DNA from: Podarcis vaucheri
Lineage: Eukaryota
Assembly (NCBI GenBank): GCA_965113315.1
Contig: OZ220369.1
DNA: 64,000 nt
Strand: one strand, 5' to 3'
Position 1 is the first letter of the stretch. Each line of letters starts with the position of its first letter. This document shows positions 26,250-38,554 of this stretch, piece after piece. The notes beneath the pieces are model-generated. The model made no database searches. It saw only the letters and a list, made by a program, of their open reading frames with translations, and was not told the origin of the DNA. Made by a program: the position numbers and the translations under genes.

Positions 26250-26912
26250 TTCATGTGGTCATGGGGTCGGAACAGGCAGTGATTGACCAGGAACGAGACC
26301 TTGGGGTTGCAGTGGATAGCTTGATGAAGACGTTGACCCAGTGTGTGGTGGCTGTGAAAAAGGCAGAAAATTCATTAGGAAGAAATTGAAAATAAAGTTG
26401 CTGGTATCCTAATGCCACTATACAAATCAATGGCATGGCCACATTTGTGTACAGTTCTGGTCACCTCACCTCAGAAAAGATGTTACAGAACTGGGAAAAG
26501 TTCAGAAAAGGGCAACCAAAGGGTTGGAGCATTACTCCTGTGAAGAAGGATTACAATATCCCAGCTTGCAGAAAAGGCGAGTAAGCGGGGACATGGGAAA
26601 GATACAGCAGCACGTGTTTAAACTATGGAATTTGCTCCTCCTGGAGGCAATGACAGCCACCAACTTGGATGGCTTTAATAGAGGATTAGAGGATAGGACT
26701 ATCAATGGCTACTAACCATGATGGCTCTGCCTCCACTGTCAGAGGCAGCAATGCATCTGAATACCAGTTGTTGGAAAACAGCAGGAGAGGGAAGGGATCT
26801 TGTGTTTGGGCTCTGCTTGTTTCCTAGAGGCATCTGGTTGGACCATTTGACAATAGGATGCTGCACTAGATGGGCCACTGGCCTGATCCAGCAAGATGTT
26901 CCTATGTTCTTA
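26250..26912 (+). mobile_element. Decayed CR1 LINE (ORF2 C-terminus plus 3' UTR)
   Basis: Frameshifted translation contains DQERDLGV, TQCVVAVKKA, MPLYKSM, CVQFWSPHLRKD, KVQKRATK and KRRVSGDM, all CR1 ORF2 motifs. Ends CCTATGTTCTTAG. Confidence 0.9.
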
Positions 26913-27164
26913 GAAATGCATAGAATTATGCATAATATGGAGGAAATACCATTCTTCTCCTTCCTCTCCCAGAACATTAAGAGTTCAGCACAACTCAAAA
27001 GGTGGCGCTCATAATTTTTAACACTGATCATTCCAAATAAATAAAATTTCCTCCCCACTTGCTTTAAATGTGGATACTATGGTTTTGTCATAGAAAATAA
27101 AGGACTTTCAACACCATCCCACTTTGCCATCCCCTACTGATCACTCTTTTTCTTCTTCGCCCAT

Positions 27165-27478
27165 AAAGCTCAGAGTCATCCCGTGAAGCTGAATGTTGGA
27201 AGATTTGGGTCAGATAAAATAACGTACTTCCTTGCATGGTGCATAGATAAACTATGCAACTCCCTCCCACAAGAGGCTGTGGTGGCCACCAACTTGGATG
27301 GCTTTAAAAGAGGGTTTGACAAATGCAAAGGTAACAAACCTATATCCCGTTTCCACTGTCAGAGGCAATATGCCTCTGAATACCAGTTTCTGGGAATCAC
27401 ATCTGGTTGGCCAATGTAAGAAGAGGATGCTGGACTTCATGGGCCTTTGGCCTGATCCTGTAAGGTTCTTCTTATGTT
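27165..27478 (+). mobile_element. CR1 3' fragment
   Basis: KLNVGRFGSDK...LCNSLPQEAVVATNLDGFKRG, then 3' UTR ending TTCTTATGTT. Confidence 0.85.
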
Positions 27479-29539
27479 AATGTGTAAGGGGGTCAAATGA
27501 ATCTTAACTGGAAGAGAGTGCCACAACTGTGGGGCCACCACTGAGAAGGCCAACGATTTGCAGCAGGCTTGCAAGCAGAGTTGCTCTATTGGACAATGGT
27601 GGCTGTATGAGAACATGCTTGTGTTGAGATTCAGTTCTTGAAATCTCGGGTTAAAGGGGTATTTGATAGCAGGCTTGAAAGTGCCATCTAGGGTGGACAC
27701 TACTGGGCTAGGTGGGCCAGTAGCCCATCCAGAGTGGTTTAACAGTCCATCCTTCTCCCCAGGGAACTGCACCTCAGGGAAGGGAAGAGGGGTCTCTCAA
27801 AACCCTTAACAAACTACAGTTCCCAGAATTCTTTGGGGAAAGCCCTCACTGTTTAAAATAGTATAATCCTGCCTTAAATAAACAGTGCAGACATGGCCCT
27901 AGTGTTTTATAAACTGTGGCTTTGTGATTTGCTATTATACTATGAATTTTATGTTTTTAAAATTATGTTTTTAAAGCTCTCCCTGACTTGGGAGAGTTTT
28001 ATAAAGAAAGAAAGAAAAATGCCATTCTTCTTCCAAACACACTTTAACAAAAGAAGGAAGAAGAGAAAAGCAAACATTGTATCTTGGGTACTTATTGCTG
28101 TTCTAAGGTAGACATACTTTAAGAAGAGAGAGAGAGAGAAAAGATTGTATCACAAATTCTTTCTACATTTCTAAAGGTTAACCCAAAAGCCACAATGTGA
28201 TATAGAAAATTATGTCTTATAACTTTAAGAGTTTCTAGATTATATATATTGATTTGAATTAAATTGCCTCTAATACAGCTGCTCAAACATTATTATATTG
28301 GGAGAGTTAATCCCTAAAAGGTAGCCTATATGTTTCGAAATAAAATAAATAAGCCAACATGTCCTTGGAAATCCTTTTTTCTACTTTTGCCTTATGAAGA
28401 TCATCATAAGAAAAATCTAGGTATAACTGATAGGGCACAGAAGTGTTCCGCTTAGCCTGGATCATGCCCATTAGCTCCTGTTTGTTTGATGGTCTGCTTT
28501 TCCACCAATACCCACCCCTCCCCTTACAAAGAGAAAGGGGGTTCTGTAGAACTCAGAAACCTTTCTTCTGACTCTGCTTCACAGGGCCTGTATTCCTTAA
28601 ACCAAAGTTGTCAGCAGGGCCAACGCAAATTTATTTTAAGAGCTGGTTCCCTTTGAAATTCAATTGACTCAAGTAATGACTACTCTGTTGGCAGCAGGAC
28701 CTCTCTTTTAAAGGCAAGAGTGAAAAAGAAACCCAGTCCCTAGCCCCGTTACTCTAACAAGTGGATCTGGATTACGGTACATTAACTTTTTTGAAATGTC
28801 TTTTGCTAATTCTCGCACATTGTGTGGCGTTTAAACGGGGAGATTCTTCCCCTGGTGCCCGGGCTGATGCATTCATCCCCCTGCATGCACTTTATTAGGT
28901 ATTGTACTCCTGCCACACCTGCAGGTTTTAAACGACTAACTGGAATGTTAAAATGCTTGTGATTTCAGTCAAAGCAAAAGCTCAAAGGGCAAAGGTCAGC
29001 CTATTGTAGCCGGCCGCCCCAAAGACACGGAGGAGAAGTGCTTGTTAATGATAGCTACCCTATTCTGCAAAGATGCTTTCTTCTACGAGGCTGCTGTGTC
29101 AAAACACTAACTGAGCAATTCTGGGCATTGTCCGCTGAATAGGAGTTAAATTATTCTGTTTTGTCATTAAGTGATCCTTGATTGGCAATCCAGCACACAA
29201 AGGGGGTGATCCTTAAGGGACATAAAATTGTTAGGACTCTTTAAAAATGAATTGTGAATGGAGGGAGGACTCCACAAGGCCCATCTCTTTTGAGAAATTG
29301 CAGCTGCCCAAAAAGCACTGATAGAAACGCTTTTGGGTGGTGTTTGGGAAGATTCATCTGCTCAACAAGTCTGCTTAATTTCATTTTTGGGGACTGGTTG
29401 GCTCTTTTTTATTTCTGGATGGAGCATTAATGGTTGGTACAGTGATGGCCACTTCAATTAGAGGGCTTTTTTCTTTTCTTTTTAAGAATGAAACAAATTC
29501 ATGGGGGATTGGTAGGATCAACTGCTAAGCCACTTCTGG

Positions 29540-29984
29540 GCCTGCCCCAGGAGGTGGGGTTGCGGGCATCACGCCCTTCCCCACGTGAGCGGGGGCTGAT
29601 CTCAGCCCCCGCGAGAGCAGGGGAATCATGTCCGGCCACGCCTCCCGGCCAGCCAATCGGCTGGCTGGAGGGGGCGTGGCTTGCCCTATTTAGGGCCGGA
29701 GCGGAGGGGGCTCGCCCTCTCTTCTCCGGCTAGCCCCCAGAGCGGTGACCCGGGGGAGCTCTTAGCCGACGTGCCTCGGCGGGAGACTCCCCCGATCAGT
29801 GTTAACCCTTCACCGTGTCTCCAGCAAATGGGCTGGAGCCGGATAGTCGTTAGGACCAATGCCTAAGCCAATGCCTCTCATTCCTGAATTCAATAAAGTT
29901 GTGGCCTAATTCGCCCAATTAACCTTAATTATGGTGTCTCGTGTGTTTATTTATCTTGGTGGGGGGCGGGAACTCGCCACGCAA
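29540..29984 (+). mobile_element. Terminal repeat of a retroelement (solo LTR or DIRS/Ngaro-type end); left limit uncertain
   Basis: CpG-rich, with ordered CCAAT (29653), GC box GGGGCGTGGC, TATA-like TATTTA (29687), AATAAA (29892) and a GT-rich downstream tract. No clear TSD. Confidence 0.6.
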
Positions 29985-30246
29985 TTAACAGACACAGCTA
30001 GATAGAACCACCATGATTTAAGGCAGGACACCTCTGTTTCTGAGGACAACAAGGGAGAACATTTGGTTTCACAATATGCTAACAGCCATCTGCATTTCCA
30101 CAGTTTGAGACAGGGTACCTGACTAGTTAGACCTTTTAGTCTGATCTAGTTGGAGGGTCCACATAGCTTTTATTTTTAAAAAAAACCGAATGAAATCTAA
30201 TTTATTTAGTAATTCCTTACAGTTTGCACCTACTTACTATCTAGCC

Positions 30247-30505
30247 CAGAGGTGAGCAGCCTAAGGCCCATGGGCCACAAGCAGCCCAAAGGGGTCATTT
30301 TACTGGCCCATGAGCAGCCCCTGAACCAAGCCGCCCGCTCGGTGAGCCCCACACGCTGCACTAAACCAGTGCAGCACGGCGCGGGGACTCACCGAGCGGT
30401 GCCGAAAATCGTGTCTGCACAGATGCAGATGCTGGAAATCACAGGCAGGCTTGAGAGAGTGCACCTGCGATCCGGCCCAGGCAAGGTAAGCCTTGCCAAC
30501 TGCTG
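30247..30505. mobile_element. hAT MITE, 259 bp
   Basis: Degenerate CAGAGGTGAGCA / TGCCAACTGCTG termini; TSD ATCTAGCC / CTCTAACC (6 of 8); subterminal GGCCC motifs. Confidence 0.65.
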
Positions 30506-30545
30506 CTCTAACCCCAGATGTTTTGAGGTTTGGTGGGGGTTAGAT

Positions 30546-30678
30546 CAGGGATGGGAAACTTTTGGTTCTCTAGATGTTGTTGGACTGCCATTGTCCCTAA
30601 CCATTGGCCATGCTGGCTGGGGCTGTTGGGAGTTGGAATCTCAATTGCATATGGATGGTGCCAGGTTCCCCATTCCTG
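30546..30678. mobile_element. Decayed URR1-like hairpin MITE
   Basis: CAGGGATGGGAAAC / GTTCCCCATTCCTG. Other copies at about 45723-45855, 49440-49572, 59384-59528 and 61430-61570. Confidence 0.7.
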
Positions 30679-32102
30679 GAATAGGCACTCTAAATGGGAT
30701 CTTGAGTAACTTCTTTTATCATGATTTCCAAGCCTGAACCCTAGAAGAGATGACCAGTTCTAGTGAGCTCTGTCTCAAATGATGTTCTTCATCAATTGGA
30801 CCAACTTTATGTGTAGCACTGCACAAATCTCCATGTTCCTAAGTATTCTTGGAGGCAGAATAGGCCCAACTGATTATCCATGAGACTTAATCTAGATCTG
30901 ATTCATAACTTCAGTGCATAAAGAGCTGGTCAATTTGTGGAGAGCAGAGATGGAGAAAGCAGACATGATAACACTGTAGGCACATATAGGCTCACTATAT
31001 ATGTACTTGTAGAAGGCCTGGAAAGGCTCATTGTGAATTCTGAAAACCCTGTTCTCTGGGACCACAGTATAAATGGGAAATCCTTGAGGCATTTGATGTC
31101 TGTGAATTCCAAGGCAAACTACGCTGACCCACATCTCCCAGACTAATGTATGGATTAGAATGCACAGCCTTCGGATTTTGTAATTCTCAGAAATGGTGAC
31201 ACAGTTCTTGGTTAAGAAAAATATACCAAGTTGTGTTCCAAAATGTGTATTTTAGATAAAATTTATTTAAGAATGTGTACATTGAGATAAAATACACATA
31301 TAAATACATATCTGGTAATATGAGGCACAATATTATGTAATACATTATAAAATATGTATGTAGATACAAATTTAGGGGCACATTTTGCTTTAAATTGAGG
31401 ATTAAAGCAGGAAAAAGTTGGAAAAGACCTGCAACTTTTACATGACTGTGATATGTCCATCCCTAGTACAAATCCTGAATTGACCATTGTCTTAAAAACA
31501 ATCGATCTGCATAGTTATTTATTTGAGTTGTATCCCACTCTTTTTCCTGGAAGTTCCAATGGCTGATAGAACTCATTATTTTGGAATGTGAGCCTGCGTG
31601 TGAGTGCATGTGCCCCTCGAAAAGCCACAGTGTTTGAAATATAAATGGCCATTAGTTTTGTTCATCTTCTGAGCTGGTCACCAAGATTTACCTGATGATC
31701 CATTATAATTAGGTCATTCTTGGACCTTGTGGGTCACTGTTGGAGCAGAGGAGAGAGAGGAAATGCTCATCCACAGTGAAGCCATTTCTTTTTGTGCACA
31801 GTCCCCCCTATCCCAACCCGGAGGCTCCTAATCTTAATTGAATCAATTTCTTGGCATATGTTGACAGTGAAAGATTGCTTGAAGCTGAGAGGGCAGGCTG
31901 GACGGAGCTTCCAGAACAGGGTGGGGGGAAATCATCCTTAATCATTAATTTGTTCATTCACTCCCATTTACTTCCATTCTTCAATGTCTCAGAAGATGTG
32001 CCTCTTGCCACCTACCTCTCCAGCAATTACTTCTAAGTGTTCCTCCCAATATACTTGCCTGTGTTTGAAGAACCTAATTTGCTTGAGATTATAAGATGCT
32101 TT

Positions 32103-32106
<4 letters not shown>

Positions 32107-32159
<53 letters not shown>
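32107..32159. repeat. (CT)n microsatellite
   Basis: Read directly from the sequence. Confidence 0.97.
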
Positions 32160-32162
<3 letters not shown>

Positions 32163-32769
32163 TGTCAAGCTTGGTTTCTGGCTGATTAGAGTCTTGCATC
32201 TCAATGCTGAACTTCGTTCATGGGACGAAACAGGGCTGGTCCTACCATTAGGTAGAATGAGGTAACCACTTCAGGTGGGAAGTGCTGGTGGGTGGGAGTG
32301 AGGTGGCAAGATGTTAGGGGACAGAGCTGTGTGTGCCACATGACTTTCCGTGTGCCTCCTAAATGAACCTGCTGCCTTCAGGAGCAGTGGAAGATGACAA
32401 CCCATCACAAACATAGATGGGTTCCAGTTGCCGGTTTGATCAGCTACCCACATGTCTTGGGTTGGCCCTGAAATGAAGAATCCATGGGTAGCATTCAGCT
32501 ACGTTTTACTCAAAGTAGACCCACTGAAATGAAAGAACATGACCCACTTTACATTGCATAAAAGTTAGCTGAATACCACCACATGTCTGGACAGGAGTTT
32601 TGAAGAAGGGCAAGAGTGCATCTAACCTCTGAGGTTCTGATGTGATGAATCCTTCACCTCTCATGATCTCCCCCCAAACCTTGTTTATCTCATTACACAA
32701 TGAATTCTGTGATGACCTCTCCCCCCCACCTCCCTTCCATTGCCAGAGCTGATGAATCCTGATGAATGT

Positions 32770-32945
32770 GGGGAAAGAGCCATCACTCAGTGGTAGAGCA
32801 TCTGCTTTGCACACAGAAGACCCCAGGGTCAATCCCTGGTATCTCCAGGTAGGACTGAGAGAGAACCTTGCCTGAAATTCTGAAGAGTCGTTGCCAGTGA
32901 GCATAGACAATAGATGCATCTGACTCAGTATAAGGCAGCTTCCAT
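32770..32945 (+). mobile_element. tRNA-derived SINE (Squam2-like)
   Basis: CTCAGTGGTAGAGCATCTGCTTTGC head and CTGACTCAGTATAAGGCAGCTTCC tail. Confidence 0.8.
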
Positions 32946-35070
32946 CTTTCACATGGTTGTATTCTAATAGAGAATAATAAATGTGTCAGATCTTGGGAGG
33001 TACATATCATGGCTTTCACACTTGCTGCATGCCCTGCCTATGTGATCCTTTGGAAGAACTACTGTAGCCTGAGGCTTCCAACCTGATTCCATATTATAAT
33101 GAATGTGCATCACACTATATGAAGCTATATTTAGACAAACCAGAAGCAGAGAAAAGTGCAAGGGTAATGGGTGGCAAGGATAACAACACTTGATGTTGTT
33201 TGGATGGAACCCACCAGAGCAACTCTGTACTACAAAAGATGAAGTACAAAATAGAAATGTCAACTGTGTAAAGCCCCAAATACTTGGATAACCACTCAGA
33301 ACTTTCATTGCCGACTAAGGAATGGTAGGTGTGTTTGTGGAACAAAGCCTTCTTGGTGGTGACCCCCATCCTTTGGAATTTTCTGCTTGGGATCCCGATT
33401 GGTTGCCTTCTTACTTGTTTTTATATACAAGAGCAAGGTCCCATCATCTCGGCATGCTTTTGCTCTGGAAAGTTAAGTCCTTTCCTTAATTGCACACGGT
33501 GCTCTCTGATTTTGCTGCTTCTTTGATCTTGGTTGGCTGCTGTTTTAGCTATGATGATCCATGTGCGTGTATTTTTATGGATTGCTGCTAGCCATCTGGA
33601 CGACCCCACATCCCTAATGCAGGAGCCAGAGGGCCTTGAATGCATGGGAATAAGAATCTGGATGTGGGTTATGCTTAACTGATGCAGAGTGTATTGCTCA
33701 GGTTCTTTCCCAGTGCTGTATACAGCCACTCCTCTTCTTCCTTCTAGAACGTTCCCTTGTCCTCCCAGTCTAGCATGGATTCTGAGTTTGACTAACGTGT
33801 CATAAACCCAAGGCATTCTGAGATACTGGCTTGGACCAAAGAATGGATGTCACTAGCATCATGTGCAGAATAAAGTTACCTCCACACTAGCACATGGCTT
33901 CCCCCAAAGAATCCTGGGAACTGTAGTTTGTTAAGGGTGCTGGGAATTGTACGTCTATGAGGGATAAACTCTATTCCTGGGATACTTTTTTTTTTGGGGG
34001 GGGGAAGTCATGTACTTCAAATGTATGATGTAGATGTGATCTAACTCCATTATATCTTAAAAACCACCAACAACTTATAGATTTGTTGGGTACAGTTTCT
34101 TTCTATACAAATTTGAAATAAGTCTACTTTACAGGATTGTCGTAATGCCCAACATAGCTGTATAAATATTAAAGCTCAACAGAAGCCTTAAGGAGAGACA
34201 GCAGGAAAATGATGATGATGATGATGCTTGATAAGAATAACATTTAGCATATGAGTTGTTGGTGTTTAAAAGTCTGAAAACAGTATTTTTTTTAAAAAAA
34301 ACCCACTTGATTTACATCTTCATGGTGGAATAATTAAAATGTTTACAAATAATGGATGTTAAGCTTGTTCTACTTCTGGTGAAGGTAATAAATCCACACA
34401 CACGTAGCTCTCTGTATTTGAGAGATCCTTGAAGCAAGTGCAATTTTAACATTTTGATGACAGCTTTAGGGCACTACGAGGCAGTGATAAAGCTAGGAAT
34501 TACACCATGTGATAATTCTGCCTTTCATTATGAAAAGCACCGGTTCCTCCATACTAAACGAAGAGAAAACTCAGGAAGTTATCCAAGGGCGAAATTCATT
34601 CATTATGCATGTACGTGATTCCTCTAAAAACAAACCAGCAAACAAACAACTCCAGGCCAACAACAAGCCCATCTTGATATTTATAGTACCTTTTAAATAC
34701 CGGTAAGTGAGTTTACATACATGAACATTTCCAGACCTATCTACCTTTTTTTTACGATAAAGATGTTGGCAAATACAATCGGGGTTTAAAGTGACTGCTG
34801 GAAGTGTGTAAGTCAGATAATTTTTATTTTATAGACAAATGGGGAAAGCTTGGGGTTTATCCTGTATTTTATTTACTCATTCATGCTGACCCTGAAATAT
34901 TGATGTTTTCAGCTGGTAAATCCATGGCTACATAGGAGAAAGTGGGAGGGTAGGACACCCAACTGAACAGCGCCCATGACAAAGGAAGAGAGGACATGTT
35001 TCATTTTCCAAGCAACATGGCTATATCTTAAGCCCGCAATCCTCTGGTACCTGGGATAGTGTTGTGTTGC

Positions 35071-35262
35071 AGGGAACATAGGAAGCTTCTTTATATTGAG
35101 TCTGTTGGTCCATCCAGCTCATTACTGTTTACACTGACTGGCAGTGGGCCGCCAGGGTTTCAGGTAGGAGTCTCTCACAGTCCTACTTGGAGATGCCAGG
35201 GTTTGAACCTGGGACCCTCTGTATGCAAAGCAGATGCTCTGCCAGCTGAGCTAGGCCCTTCC
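35071..35262 (-). mobile_element. tRNA-derived SINE (Squam2-like)
   Basis: Reverse complement of the 32770 and 57677 family, with a TATGTTCC tail. Confidence 0.8.
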
Positions 35263-35377
35263 TATACAAGCAATCAGGTTTGTTTCTTGAAGGGCACAGA
35301 GACAGATCAATCCTTGGAGAAGGAGGTCCAATGTAGGACACCTCCTCTTTGGCCACACCAACACCATACATTTAAAT

Positions 35378-35513
35378 CAGGCTTCCTCAACCATGGCCCT
35401 CCGAATGTTTTGGGACTACAACTCCCATGATCCCTAGCTAGCAGGACCAGTGGTCAGGGATGATGGGAACTGTAGTCTCAAAATATCAGGAGGGCCGAGG
35501 TTGAGGAAGCCTG
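35378..35513. mobile_element. Hairpin hAT MITE, 136 bp, inserted in a Harbinger-like MITE
   Basis: TIR CAGGCTTCCTCAACC / GGTTGAGGAAGCCTG; TSD ATTTAAAT / ATTTAAAG. The core is the reverse complement of the 10810-10945 core. Confidence 0.9.
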
Positions 35514-35922
35514 ATTTAAAGCATCATGATGCCACTTTAAAAAGTCATGGCTTTTCCCAAAGGATTCTGGGAGCTGGTGTTTGTTAAAGGTGCTGAGAGG
35601 AAGCCCCTGTTCCCCTCACAGAGATACAATTCCCAGAGTTCCCTGGGAAGAAGAATTGACTGTTAAACCACCCTGGGAATTGTAGCTCTGCGACCCAACT
35701 CCACCCCATCCCACTAAAATATAAAGCAGAAAATGCAGTCTGAATCGAACTTGGAGTAGGCCTGTTGAAATTAATAGACCTAACAGTCATGTTCATTCAT
35801 TTCATCGGGTTATTCAGAGTAGATTATATTTGGATACAATCCATATATCTCAAGCCACTATCTCCTAGTTTTCTACCTGCAAGGTTCAAACTTGTGACCC
35901 CACAGCCTGCAGTCTGTTTTTA

Positions 35923-36272
35923 AAGGTAAAGGGACCCCTGACCATTAGGTCCAGTCGTGACCGACTCTGGGGTTGCGGCGTTCATCTCGCTTTATTGGCC
36001 GAGGGAGCCGGCGTACAGCTTCTGGGTCATGTGGCCAGCATGACTAAACCGCTTCTGGCGAACCAGAGCAGCGCACGGAAACGCCATTTACCTTCCCGCC
36101 AGAGTGGTACCTATTTATCTATTTGCACTTTGACGTGCTTTCGAACTGCTAGGTTGGCAAGAGCTGGCACCAAGCAACGGGAGCTCACCCTGTCACGGGG
36201 ATTCGAACCGCCGACCTTCTGATCGGCAAGTCCTAGGCTCTGTGGTTTAACCCACAGTGCCACCCGCGTCCC
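35923..36272 (-). mobile_element. Sauria SINE, full length, young
   Basis: GGGACGCGGGTGG head and ACCTTT tail; CpGs largely intact; perfect 15-bp TSD TGCAGTCTGTTTTTA (35908-35922 / 36273-36287). Confidence 0.95.
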
Positions 36273-36348
36273 TGCAGTCTGTTTTTAGCAGGTGCCAAAA
36301 GCAGCACAATGATATTAATAGGCAGGGATTTCCAAAGTGTGGGTGCTG

Positions 36349-36710
36349 CAGACCCTCCAAGTGTCCCCATGTTCCAGGGTCAGTCCCAGAAGCTGTCCCT
36401 GTTTCTGATTTGATCCTGGAATGCCCCGCTTTTTCTTAGGACGTCCCTATTTTCATTGGAGAAATGTTGGAGGGTATGGAGTTATGCAACATCCGAGTGA
36501 AAGAGATAAGTAACTATGCAACCTTTAGAAGACATCTAAAGATAGGCCTGTATAGGGAAGTTTTTTAATGGTTAATGTTTTATTATGTTTTTATATATGT
36601 TGGAAGCAACCCAGAGTGACTGGGGCAACCCAGTCTGATGGGCAGGGTATACATAATTGTTGTTCTTGATGACATCCCAATTTTCATCAGATAGATGTTG
36701 GAGGGGTATG
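36349..36710. mobile_element. Composite non-autonomous DNA transposon carrying an L2 3' tail (copy 1)
   Basis: CAGACCCTCCAA / TTGGAGG(G)GTATG termini; 6-bp direct repeat GTGCTG on both sides; internal duplicate of the right end near 36478. Confidence 0.75.
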
Positions 36711-36877
36711 GTGCTGGCACACTAAAAATAAATAAATAAAAATTTCTTGCCAGTCTGAAATGTGTATTATGTAGCATCTATAACAGTGCCAGTTCTGCAA
36801 ACTGGTCAAGTGGGCACATACAGTGTAAGGCAATCTCACAGGTAGGTGTTTCCTAAGCTGCTTTATGTACTAATATC

Positions 36878-37257
36878 CAGTGCTTTTTTTCTGGGGGTAT
36901 GCATAGCCCTAAACATTTTGTGAATCTAAGTTTGGCCTCATTGAGGGGCAGTACAGTGGTACCTCAGGTTAAGTACTTAATTCGTTCTGGAGGTCCGTTC
37001 TTAACCTGAAACTCTTCTTAACCTGAAGCACCACTTTAGCTAATGGAGCCTCCCGCTGCTGCCGCGCCGCCGGAGCACGATTTCTGTTCTCATCCTGAAG
37101 CAAAGTTCTTAACCCGAGGTAATATTTCTGGATTAGCTGAGTCTGTAACCTGAAGCATATGTAACCTGAAGCGTATGTAACCCGAGGTACCACTGTATTT
37201 CAATATGAGCAGGATAATGAGAGTACCCCTAAACATTTTTAATAGAAAAAAGCACTG
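36878..37257. mobile_element. hAT-like MITE hosting a Tc1/mariner MITE
   Basis: TIR CAGTGCTTTTTT / AAAAAAGCACTG; degenerate 8-bp TSD CTAATATC (36870-36877) / CTAATAGT (37421-37428, displaced by the Bov-B insertion). Confidence 0.75.
36954..37195. mobile_element. Tc1/mariner (Tigger/pogo-like) MITE, 242 bp
   Basis: TA|CAGTGGTACCTC...GAGGTACCACTG|TA with internal TAACCTGAA repeats. A second copy lies at 39707-39948. Confidence 0.92.
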
Positions 37258-37262
37258 CTAAT

Positions 37263-37413
37263 TTTGTTGTTGTTTAGTTGTTTAGTCGTGTCCGACTCTT
37301 CGTGACCCCATGGACCAGAGCACGCCTGGCACTCCTGTCTTTCACTGCCTCCCGCAGTTTGGTCAGACTCGTGTTTGTAGCTTCGAGAACACTGTCCAAC
37401 CATCTCGTCCTCT
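37263..37413 (-). mobile_element. Bov-B (RTE) LINE, severely 5'-truncated
   Basis: (CAA)n tail; GTCCGACTCTTCGTGACCCCATGGAC 3' motif; perfect 12-bp TSD AGCACTGCTAAT (37251-37262 / 37414-37425). Confidence 0.92.
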
Positions 37414-38554
37414 AGCACTGCTAATAGTGAAACCTTAAACTTGGCCAGGTAGCAAAAGTGCAATTGTTTCTCCAACAGGCCATTCAGCATAAATGCTGCA
37501 CACGTGTCTCAAGATGTTCAGCAGAGCATCCTGACAAGCTCTGTGTTTCCTACGTGAGAATTGCTGTCTTATGAATATGTCCAAAGGGTCTGCCATCTGC
37601 CATGGGGAGCCTTCCCCTCCGAGCGTTGCAGTTACACGTCCTTAGCCACGAGGCAAAGATATCACAGCCGGGCGTGGGGGTTGGCACAGGAAAGAGCTGT
37701 ATTCCCTCAAAACATTTGGGGTTCCAGAAGAATTAGAAGAGCTTTCAGGAAACATCACCGCTGTCCCCCCCTCCTCTCTTTTAAAGCCCCAAACCTCTTT
37801 TTCTAACTGTGCAAGCAGGTCAGCAAATCGTTCCAGGGACTGACACTCCCACCTCGCTGCGCAAACACTCTTCTGTGAGCTTTCATTTAATTGCACTTGG
37901 ACATCATTATTTCTTTGAGGGAGGCGGGGGTGGCGGGGGTCTGTCGGCAAGCCAGCCAGCATCATGAATGCAAAGAATTTATCTCTACACCTTTACTGTC
38001 TTAGGGAAGATGGTATCAACAGTTCCAGATGGGCTCCACTGGAAAATAAATTCCACTTCCTTTTATCGCTGACAGCCATCCCATTTACATATTCTACTGG
38101 CGGAACTGATAATCGGGAAAGTGATTAATGTCCTGTGATCTGGAGATACCTGTTTTGATCAATGTCCAGTGGATAAAATGTCTTTTGTTGAGGGTGCTCA
38201 GAGTCCAAAAAATAAAAGAAATAAAAGAAATCCACTACACCACCCACCCCATGATTAATGTAACTAAATGTTTAGGGTCAGCTAGTGCTGGCCCAGGTTC
38301 AGTTTCAGACTAAAGAGAGGTCACAGAGAAGTAAATTCATCATGTGAAGAAAAACATATAGAAGTTGGTAGCTTCAGATATTTCCTAAAAGATTGCGTTT
38401 TTGTGTCTGGCGTGTGTTTAGGCTGTCGTCTATGTATGTTGGCTCTTCCCTTTTGCAAGTTGCTGCATGTGCACGCACACACACAACGTACCACATAATG
38501 CGTGTTCCACACTTCAAAGGAATCAATCTTCCAGTGTGGCTGCACCGATACTTT

